From Candidatus Rifleibacteriota bacterium (GTDB taxonomy: Bacteria > Muiribacteriota > Ozemobacteria > Ozemobacterales > Ozemobacteraceae), in assembly GCA_028691595.1 (NCBI GenBank), contig JAQUZA010000001.1:1-48612 (forward strand): DNA of 48,612 bases, written 5' to 3'. The notes beneath the pieces were generated by a model. It was not told the DNA's origin. It did no database searches and worked only from the letters and a program-made list of their open reading frames with translations. Each line of letters opens with the position of its first letter. Position 1 is the first letter of the stretch. Both the position numbers and the translations under genes were made by a program. Of the stretch, positions 1-7,226 are shown in pieces.

Positions 1-1627
1 ACTTCATTTTAATCAGATAGCTGACCATCACCAGTGCCAGTAAAGCAAGTGAAAAGATAGCAATGGCATGCATGGGCATTGCTGATGCCAGAACGTCATC
101 AGGGGAAAACAGCATGCCTGAGGCGGAACCTATGTCTGCCGCAACTCTTGTAACTGGCAGAAGTATCCAGGGAGAAAGAAGAGAGGTTGCAAAAATTAGA
201 AAGACCAGTATTGCCAGAGGAATTCTAACGAGAGGCTGTATTTCGAGTGGTTCAATCTTCTTATCACTGCGTGAGGCTCCGAGAAATACCAGACCGAAGG
301 TTCTTGCAAAACAGGCTACAGCAAGTCCCCCGATCAGGCCGAGTCCGGCAAGAATAATGCCGGCAAGAAGCAGTGCTGAAGAGTTTCCTAATGTTGCGGC
401 TTTAAGGCCGGCCAGAAAAATGAGAAATTCACTGACAAAATTGTTGAAGGGCGGAAGCCCGGAAATTGCGGCTGAGCCTATGCCAAAGGCGACTGCCGTA
501 TATGGCATCGACTTGGCGAGGCCGCCCATCGCTTCGAGTTTGCGGGTGCCGGTGCCAAAATATACGGCACCAGAGCCAAGAAAAAGAAGCCCTTTGCAGA
601 CTGCATGATTCAATATGTGCATCAGGGCTCCGGCTGTGGCTGCAAAAGCCATGGCCGGTTGTTTCCAAATGTTTGCCAGAACCGCGCAGCCCAGCGCCAT
701 CAGAATTATGCCGGCATTTTCCATGCTGCTGTAGGAAATGACTTTTTTGAGGTCATGCTGTGCCAGAGCGGTAATCAGAGCAAAGATGCCGGTAAGCAGG
801 CCCCCGATAGCCATGGCCCAGCCCCAGGATTCTTCAGGCTTGGGCAGAAACATCAAGACCCTGATCAGCCCATAAAAGCCCATTTTGCTCATTGCCCCGG
901 AAAGAACCGCTGAAACATGTGCATCGGCAAAGGTATAAGAGTCGGGGAGCCATACGTGCAGGGGCAAAAGCCCAACTTTTACGCCAAAGCCAAACAGGGC
1001 AAGAAAGAAGATTATCGATGCGGAGCCGAAAGTTATTGGAGCATGGGCAAACTGAGAAAACTCATAAGAGCCCGAACTTGAACTCAAAAGAGCGAATAGA
1101 ACGAAAAGCCCGGCGGTGCCGATGTGACTGGCAACAAAAAAACGCCAGCCGGCATTGCGGGCTGAAGCAATTTCATCACGGTGGGTAATCAGAAAGAAGG
1201 CTGCCAACGACATGATTTCCCAGGCCATGAGAAACAGAATTGCATTTCCTGATGCAAGAAGAAGCAGCATTGAGGCAATCAAAAGATTATAGAAGAACCA
1301 GTAGCCGCCACCTTCATATTTGTCTCGATGGCAGGTCGAAGCAGCATAAACCGCAGCGAGGGTGCCCAGAAATATTACCGGCAGAGAAAAAAAAGCCGAA
1401 ACCTGGTCAATCTTGAGTGTTGCCTGCCCCAAAGGCAGATTAAGAATGTATGATGTGGTGCTGTTTCCATTCAGCAGTGACTGAAGCGCAGTCATCAGTG
1501 CCAGCGCCCCCCCTGCCAGGCACGAAACGGTGGCAATAACTGCTGACATGGTTCTCAGCTTTCCTGTCAGCCAGGCAAGCGCGCCACCGCTTGAAATGAT
1601 TACAATGGCCATTAAATAATGCTGCAT
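1..1627 (-). CDS. Antiporter-like proton-translocating membrane subunit, HyfB/HycC/NuoL-M-N family (3' end runs off the left window edge)
   Basis: Reverse-strand frame is open from the window edge to ATG at 1627, with an in-frame TAG at 1634-1636 just upstream. It is absent from the ORF track because there is no stop inside the window. My translation reads MQHYLMAIVIISSGG...WEIMSLAAFFLI...LPLHVWLPDSY...AVLSGAMSKMGFYGLIR...SSMENAGIIL...HILNHAVCKGLLFLGSGAV...GLPPFNNFVSEF. It is polytopic and matches the conserved blocks of PF00361-type subunits of hydrogenase-4, formate hydrogenlyase and complex I. Confidence 0.8.
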   Translation of the reverse strand, partial: MQHYLMAIVIISSGGALAWLTGKLRTMSAVIATVSCLAGGALALMTALQSLLNGNSTTSYILNLPLGQATLKIDQVSAFFSLPVIFLGTLAAVYAASTCHRDKYEGGGYWFFYNLLIASMLLLLASGNAILFLMAWEIMSLAAFFLITHRDEIASARNAGWRFFVASHIGTAGLFVLFALLSSSSGSYEFSQFAHAPITFGSASIIFFLALFGFGVKVGLLPLHVWLPDSYTFADAHVSAVLSGAMSKMGFYGLIRVLMFLPKPEESWGWAMAIGGLLTGIFALITALAQHDLKKVISYSSMENAGIILMALGCAVLANIWKQPAMAFAATAGALMHILNHAVCKGLLFLGSGAVYFGTGTRKLEAMGGLAKSMPYTAVAFGIGSAAISGLPPFNNFVSEFLIFLAGLKAATLGNSSALLLAGIILAGLGLIGGLAVACFARTFGLVFLGASRSDKKIEPLEIQPLVRIPLAILVFLIFATSLLSPWILLPVTRVAADIGSASGMLFSPDDVLASAMPMHAIAIFSLALLALVMVSYLIKMK

Positions 1628-1949
1628 AAATTTCTACCCCTGCTTGCGTATCAGTTGCATGAGCTTTTTTACGCCTGTCTTCTCCCTTTTGCAAGCTTTT
1701 TCAAAAAATTTAGAATATTGTACAGGCAACGTTCATGATTTTTTGTACCGCTTTGTCACAATTGAGGCAAAAAAAATATTGCAGCCCTTGGAAATAATTA
1801 AAAAATCGGTTAAGATTAACCTGTTAATGTCTTGTGTTGCGTCTGGTTTGAATTAATAAAGTATTGACCAGCGACTATCCCGACCAGATGGCAGCGCAGT
1901 TTAAAGCAAAAAGTATAGTGTTACCTCCCCCGGGAAAGGTGAACAAGTA

Positions 1950-3269
1950 GTGAATAAGAATTGCGCAATTTTTCTGTCTCATAAAAAGGTTCCAGCTTTC
2001 AGAACTTTTATAAGCCTGCTGCTTCTGCTCGCACTTATGTCGGTCTCTGCCTGGGCAGAGCTGAGTATTGTCAGCGATGTTACCGGCCGGGATTCCTCCC
2101 CCTGGGAGCGCATTGAACTTATTGAAGATGACGATTCGCATTTCGTTGCCGAACCTTTTCATCTCAAGAGTCGCCATAACCATAGTGTTATTTTAAAGGC
2201 TTTTGCAACTAATAAACCGCATTCGCGCAATTTCCTGCTGCATTTCGCCCCGCACTGGAACAAAGCCCGCCAGAGCGTTCCCGTTCTTCTTGTGCATGGA
2301 GCTGGTGATAATGCTTGTCGAGGGTTTTGCCATCCTTTCAGTTTTGATCTTCCAGAGGGAGGTAAAATTGACAAGCCTGGTATGATGCAGCATCTGGTTA
2401 AAAACGGGTTTTCTGTTTTTGCCATTACCTTTTCTCACCCGCATGGCGACAATTTCCTTCAGGCACAGCAGGTGGCAAATGCCATTGCCCGCATTAAAGA
2501 AGTTACGGGTGCCGGTCAGGTCGATGTGGTCTGCCACAGCAAAGGTGCCATGTCGGTAAGAATTTATGCTTCTGACCTTGGCGCTGAATACCCTGAGTAT
2601 TCCTGGATAACCCCTTTTCGCAAGGATATTCGCAAGATTGTTTTTGTTGCCTCACCGTTGAAGGGTATCGACACGGCGTTCAGGTATTATATGTATAACT
2701 TTACTGTGAAGCAGCAAAATCTTGCTGCACCCCTTGGCCCGAGATCAATGGTCTGGCAGGGCATGTATGTCAATAATGAAAATCATAATCGCCTTTTCCC
2801 GGGGCAGTTTCAGATGCTTCATAACTGGGTTAAAGATGGTATTGCGCTAAGCAGTCAAAGTTATACTGCAGATGCAAACATTTCCCGAAATGCTCTTTAC
2901 AAAGGTGGGGTAAGCACTCTGCTGGTATCTGATGGTATTGACCGTGCTATACAGGAATCAGGAAATGTGATAAGCTCTCTCAACAGAAAAGGACTAGATC
3001 CGTCGATCACCTGTCATATTCTTGCCGGTAGCAAACAGTCTATCGATACGATAAAGCTGTTCTGGCTCGAGATACCGGTCGGTGAGTTCGCTGACAGTAG
3101 TGACGGAGTTCTTTTTCTTAAGAGCGCTACTTACAAAAAAGGTCTGACTTCACGTGGTGCAAAAGTTGCCAGCGTTAAAACGCTTGATTTTCATCACGTA
3201 GGTGTCACAGTCTGGCCTCCGGCGCTTAATCACATTACCGAGGTTTTGCGTGAAAGAGATTCTGATTAA
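1950..3269 (+). CDS. Secreted alpha/beta hydrolase, class-2 lipase-like
   Basis: GTG start preceded by GAAAGGTGA. Signal peptide is LLLLLALMSVSAWA-ELS. LLVHGAGDNA block and VDVVCHSKGAM nucleophile elbow resemble the AHSMG lipase box of PF01674-type lipases. The C-terminal ~200 aa have no motif I recognise. Confidence 0.7.
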   Translation: MNKNCAIFLSHKKVPAFRTFISLLLLLALMSVSAWAELSIVSDVTGRDSSPWERIELIEDDDSHFVAEPFHLKSRHNHSVILKAFATNKPHSRNFLLHFAPHWNKARQSVPVLLVHGAGDNACRGFCHPFSFDLPEGGKIDKPGMMQHLVKNGFSVFAITFSHPHGDNFLQAQQVANAIARIKEVTGAGQVDVVCHSKGAMSVRIYASDLGAEYPEYSWITPFRKDIRKIVFVASPLKGIDTAFRYYMYNFTVKQQNLAAPLGPRSMVWQGMYVNNENHNRLFPGQFQMLHNWVKDGIALSSQSYTADANISRNALYKGGVSTLLVSDGIDRAIQESGNVISSLNRKGLDPSITCHILAGSKQSIDTIKLFWLEIPVGEFADSSDGVLFLKSATYKKGLTSRGAKVASVKTLDFHHVGVTVWPPALNHITEVLRERDSD

Positions 3270-3852
3270 AAAATACGACAATCGTCGTTTGTATTGTGTT
3301 GAAGAAGCCAGGTATGTCTCTCTAACAGAAATCCGCGAATTTTTGCAGCGCGGCGACAAGGTTAAGGTCGTCGAGAAGACTACCGGCAAAGATATTACCA
3401 AATATATTCTGATGCAGGTGATGCTTGAAGAGCGTTACGAGCTCGTGCCTACCTATTTTTACCAGATGTTGCTGCAGTCGCCCCCCGATGCCCTTGAAAA
3501 CTTTTTTCAACAGTTTTTCCCCTATATGATGAACGTTTACAAAAGCTATCAGGAAGGCAAGTTTTCGATGCCAAATATGCCCGGCATGCCTTCTATGCCT
3601 TCTATGCCGTTTCAGAACCCCTGGATGCAGATGCCCAACCCATTTCAGGCTATAAACCCGTTTATGTCGCCTCAGTCGCAGGCTCAACAGGCCTCAAACT
3701 CAAATGAGAAGCCTTCTTCTCCTGCTCAAAAAACGGCAGAGGCAAAACCTGCGCGTAATAAATCGGAGCCCGCAGCAGAAAAAGATGAAGACAAGATGGC
3801 AGAGATTCTCAAGCGGCTGCGCGAACTCGAAGAAAAACTTCATTCTGACTAA
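3250..3852 (+). CDS. phaR: PHA synthesis repressor PhaR-like DNA-binding protein
   Basis: In-frame GTG at 3250 gives VKEILIKKYDNRRLYCVEEARYVSLTEIREFLQRGDKVKVVEKTTGKDITKYILMQVMLEE, the signature N-terminal domain of PhaR (PF07879). The track ORF starts at 3202, but that part lies inside the hydrolase gene. The 3250 start overlaps the hydrolase stop by 20 nt. Confidence 0.75.
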   Translation: MKEILIKKYDNRRLYCVEEARYVSLTEIREFLQRGDKVKVVEKTTGKDITKYILMQVMLEERYELVPTYFYQMLLQSPPDALENFFQQFFPYMMNVYKSYQEGKFSMPNMPGMPSMPSMPFQNPWMQMPNPFQAINPFMSPQSQAQQASNSNEKPSSPAQKTAEAKPARNKSEPAAEKDEDKMAEILKRLRELEEKLHSD

Positions 3853-3899
3853 CCAGACTGCTCCCTGGTTGTAAACTGTTTCACAGGAAACATTTTAGT

Positions 3900-3937
3900 G
3901 GCCTGCTGTACAGCAGATAGAGCGGGGCAGGCCTTTT
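3900..3937 (+). terminator. Candidate rho-independent terminator after phaR
   Basis: GGCCTGC (3900-3906) pairs with GCAGGCC (3927-3933) and is followed by TTTT. The loop contains the 14-nt palindrome CTGCTGTACAGCAG, which can extend the structure. Confidence 0.4.
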
Positions 3938-4110
3938 CGATGCTGCTGTCAAGCGCCTTGTCGAACTTGAGTCTTTGGTCACGCCGTCATTCCGGGCGTA
4001 GACCCGGAACCCATGAATCTAATGCGTTTGCCCTGCAAATTGATTCTTGAGATTGCCTGTTGTTGATAAATTCATTACAATGGTAGAAATTCATTTTTGA
4101 GGACAGTCAT

Positions 4111-4635
4111 ATGATTAAGCAGCTTGCCGGGTTGCAGCTTCTGATGATGCTTTTTATTCTTACCAGCTTTATTCAGGGGCGGTTGCATGCCAATCAGTTC
4201 AGTTATGTTTTTCCGCCGAATATATCGCTGCAGATAATTGATCAACATGAAGAATCTGGTGGCAAAATTAGACTTACAGCTCTTATCGAAAGCCGGCTTG
4301 GCACCCTTGAAGATCTTGAAGTTTTCTTTGAAAGTTCGAAAGATATGCAGATTCTCAGCAACACCAGTAAACTGAAGACCCTGCCCCCCGGTGCCCCGAG
4401 AAAAGTCAAAATTCTTGCCGTTAAAACCTCTAAGATTGCCGACGAACTTGGTTCGTGGCTGAAGATGGGGGTGCGGTTTACCCCTGATTATCAGGCAATA
4501 AGAACTTATATTGCTGACAAAAGCATCTACCCTGACGACTTTGAACGGCAGAAGCTGGTTAATATAGTCGACAAAAATGTCGGGGCAGAGGCTCGCTATC
4601 TTGAAGCTGTCCGCCATTTCATCAAGGCTGATTGA
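4111..4635 (+). CDS. Hypothetical secreted protein
   Basis: ATG preceded by GAGGA. N-terminal signal-like segment LQLLMMLFILTSFIQGRLHA. No recognisable catalytic motif. Confidence 0.6.
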   Translation: MIKQLAGLQLLMMLFILTSFIQGRLHANQFSYVFPPNISLQIIDQHEESGGKIRLTALIESRLGTLEDLEVFFESSKDMQILSNTSKLKTLPPGAPRKVKILAVKTSKIADELGSWLKMGVRFTPDYQAIRTYIADKSIYPDDFERQKLVNIVDKNVGAEARYLEAVRHFIKAD

Positions 4636-4734
4636 TCTTGGCCGAAGAACTCGTTCTGGTGTTTATTTAATTATGTGCCACGGCTTGCCGGTGCCGGGTA
4701 AGCCTTAAGACTGGCTCAAAAAGGTGATCAAAGT

Positions 4735-6069
4735 ATGCGTAGGCCGCTGATATTATTAGCTGTGGTAATTGCTCTTGTTTTTTCTGCTTCTATGGTTCCC
4801 GTTTTCGCGGCTACCAGCCTGACAACTACCTACACAGTCATAACCGAATATGGCCTTATTGCATCTTTTCCGGCAAATCTTGCGCCAGGTGAAAAACTGG
4901 TGAAATCTGGCGACAACCTTCATGCTTACAGGGTTAAGACAGTTCCTGTCAGAGATGAGAGCCATCTGCTTCAGTTGATGGGTGCCGCCAGCGAAGCTGA
5001 ACTTACAGATTTGCAGAAGGGGCTTCTTGAGAGCCACCGTTTTGCAGTTTCTAACAGCTTTGATAACCTTAAGACACGCGTTCCCGGCACTTCGCCCGGC
5101 ATTAATCTTGAGCTGGTCGATATCACCGGCTATACCGACACCAGCCGTTTCACAACAATAAAAGAAGATTTCTGGCCGCAGAATTCAAGAGTGTACAAGT
5201 ATTCCGACGGCGGTTATGACCTGCATTCTGATATTCGCATCAGTGGCACTGATTGTCTTGGCTATGGCACCGAAACCGCCAGAACCATGCAGAGCACTTT
5301 TGCTCATGAATTCGGGCATGCCCTTGACAAGACTTTTACCGAAGCAGATGCTTATGGGCCTGATGGTGCCCATTACATTAACGAAAAGATCGAAACGAAA
5401 GCTTCTTTTGCCGAGGGTTTTGCCAATTTTATCATGATGCTGTTTTTTCCTGAAAAGGAGCCTGAATTCAGAGAAAGCATCAGAACAATTAAAATAGAGA
5501 GGCCTGAGGGCGGTTATGACGAGTTTCCAATTGCTGATGCCAGATTGGCCGGCGAGGGTTATTTCGATGTTGAGGCAATCAACACCCTGATTTTCACAAG
5601 ACTGGCAGCTGAACTGCCCGATGGTCGGCGACTGGTTCTCGACTCTTTTCAGAAGCATAACCAGAGAGATAATCGCATGGGCATGTTTCTGAAGAACTTT
5701 GTCAGTGACTACCCCGAACATGCTGAGGCAGCCGCCCGAATTTTAGATCGCGAAACCCTTGGAAAACTCAGCGATGCCGAGATGCGTCAGATTCTTGGCA
5801 GCAGTCGGGGCATTGAAAAATTTATTTCTTCGAGAGCTGTTAATGAACAGGTTTCTGATTCTTCGCCGGCTGAAAATACCGGTTCGCCCGGGCATAAACC
5901 TGGCACAATCTATAAATGGAAAGATGCTGCAGGTAACTGGCAGTTTACTGATCAGCCACCGCCTCAAGGGGTCGAATATACGACCCGAAGCCGGGCAGCT
6001 GAACCCGGCAAGGCCAGCCCAGTAACAATAGAAAATCCTGATGCCAGCCCTTTCATTATTGGTTACTGA
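4735..6069 (+). CDS. Secreted zincin-like metallopeptidase (HEXXH) with a C-terminal DUF4124-like module
   Basis: AAGGTGA SD. Signal peptide LAVVIALVFSASMVPVFA-AT. TFAHEFGHALD is an HEXXH motif, followed by FAEGFANF, which resembles the third-ligand EGxA block of Peptidase_MA-like proteins. C-terminal IYKWKDAAGNWQFTDQPPPQG matches the DUF4124 signature (YxWxDxxGxxxFxDxPP). Confidence 0.65.
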   Translation: MRRPLILLAVVIALVFSASMVPVFAATSLTTTYTVITEYGLIASFPANLAPGEKLVKSGDNLHAYRVKTVPVRDESHLLQLMGAASEAELTDLQKGLLESHRFAVSNSFDNLKTRVPGTSPGINLELVDITGYTDTSRFTTIKEDFWPQNSRVYKYSDGGYDLHSDIRISGTDCLGYGTETARTMQSTFAHEFGHALDKTFTEADAYGPDGAHYINEKIETKASFAEGFANFIMMLFFPEKEPEFRESIRTIKIERPEGGYDEFPIADARLAGEGYFDVEAINTLIFTRLAAELPDGRRLVLDSFQKHNQRDNRMGMFLKNFVSDYPEHAEAAARILDRETLGKLSDAEMRQILGSSRGIEKFISSRAVNEQVSDSSPAENTGSPGHKPGTIYKWKDAAGNWQFTDQPPPQGVEYTTRSRAAEPGKASPVTIENPDASPFIIGY

Positions 6070-6075
6070 TTTTGT

Positions 6076-6990
6076 CTAAGCAGTGACTGGCGGCTTTGTT
6101 GCGGTAGCTCGGGATATTTCGCTGATAATACCGGTCATGATCAGGATGGTTCCAAAAATTGCTGATCTTGAAATGGATTCCCCGAGAAAAGCCCAGGCAA
6201 GAAACATTGCCACCGCTGGCTTGAAAAAGAACAGATAGCTTGTTCTGCCTGCTGACAAAAATTCAAGGCACTTCATGAAAGTCAGATAGCCGAGCCCGGT
6301 GCCAATGATGCCCATGCCAAGAAGGTTTGGCCAGCTGTGCGCGGGCGGCCAGAAACCCTGATCGAAAAAATACAATACCGGCAGATAAATCACCAGCGTT
6401 GGTACGCAGCTCATTACCAGAACAAGAAGCCCCCCATGTTTCTGAACCATCTTTTTCGACAACACAGTGTACAGGCCGAATCCAGACATTGAAAAAATTC
6501 CGGCAATAACTCCAGGGAGGGTGTCGACCGCACCATCAGCGCGAGCTGCTATTAGAACAATGCCGGTTGCGCCTAAAACAAGTGAAAAAATTCGCTTAAG
6601 ACCCATCTTTTCTTTAAGAATAAGCCACGAGAAAAAATTGGTAGCTATAGGATTTGCCGAAATCAGTATGGCGGCTGTCGAGGCTTTTGCATACTTGATG
6701 CATAGGCTGTGGGCACCCATGGCAAGAATGATATTCATGCATCCGAGCAGTGTCAGCTTGATCATATCTGAACCCTGAAGTTGCTTTAGTTGATTATACC
6801 TTCGATATAAGAGTGCGGGCAGCAGAATAGCGGCCCCAATGAGAAAGCGCCAGAAGTTCATAAGCATGGGCGGCACATCGTGTCTAACCGGATTGGCAAT
6901 GATTTCTATGGATGAAAAAGCAAAGAGCGTGAAGGTCAGATAAAACGCCGCTTTGAGGTTTCCGGGTCGCTCTTGATTAAGGGTTTCCAT
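6076..6990 (-). CDS. EamA/DMT-family transporter
   Basis: 304 aa with about 10 hydrophobic helices arranged as two similar halves, typical of drug/metabolite transporter EamA repeats. Confidence 0.8.
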   Translation of the reverse strand: METLNQERPGNLKAAFYLTFTLFAFSSIEIIANPVRHDVPPMLMNFWRFLIGAAILLPALLYRRYNQLKQLQGSDMIKLTLLGCMNIILAMGAHSLCIKYAKASTAAILISANPIATNFFSWLILKEKMGLKRIFSLVLGATGIVLIAARADGAVDTLPGVIAGIFSMSGFGLYTVLSKKMVQKHGGLLVLVMSCVPTLVIYLPVLYFFDQGFWPPAHSWPNLLGMGIIGTGLGYLTFMKCLEFLSAGRTSYLFFFKPAVAMFLAWAFLGESISRSAIFGTILIMTGIISEISRATATKPPVTA

Positions 6991-7226
6991 GGTTTTTGAT
7001 CTCGTTCTGAATGCCCAGAGAAAAAAATAGAAGTGAACTAAATCTGGCTCTGCAATGTTGCATATATAACATGAAAACGGCTTGAACCAAATTTGTCTGT
7101 ACAGACTTTTGTCACGGTCTTTGATCTGCCGGTTTAAAACGGATAATAAATCTGGTAAACTTTATAGCCGCCAGATCGGTATAGTTAGCATTAAAATTGT
7201 CGAAAGAATTTGACAGGGAGACAAGT

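Noticed and set aside
63-1188. Four overlapping + strand ORFs (63-608, 466-741, 605-913, 892-1188) from the ORF track
   Set aside because: Their products are Arg/Pro/Ser/Ala-rich with no motif. They lie antisense to a continuous, strongly motif-bearing polytopic membrane ORF on the - strand (1-1627), which explains the region.
1644-1856. 70-aa + strand ORF in the AT-rich intergenic region
   Set aside because: No SD, odd composition, and it sits in the promoter region between divergent genes. Most likely a chance ORF in AT-rich DNA.
3991-4008. Hairpin TCCGGG-cgtaga-CCCGGA in the phaR downstream spacer, reminiscent of small palindromic repeat elements
   Set aside because: There is only one copy in the window, so I cannot show it is a dispersed repeat. 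It may simply be part of the terminator-rich spacer.
4075-4617. 180-aa - strand ORF
   Set aside because: It is an antisense shadow of the 4111-4635 gene, which has a signal peptide and SD. The product has no start context and an implausible composition.
5185-5721. 178-aa - strand ORF inside the metallopeptidase gene
   Set aside because: It is antisense to a frame carrying HEXXH, a signal peptide and the DUF4124 motif. Shadow ORF.
7043-7062. Sigma54-like TGGCTC...TTGCA element and TGCAA-N2-TTGCA inverted repeat upstream of the 815-aa gene
   Set aside because: The GG-to-GC spacing is 14 nt rather than the required 12, and the -24 element is TGGCTC rather than TGGCAC. The short inverted repeat alone is too weak to call.
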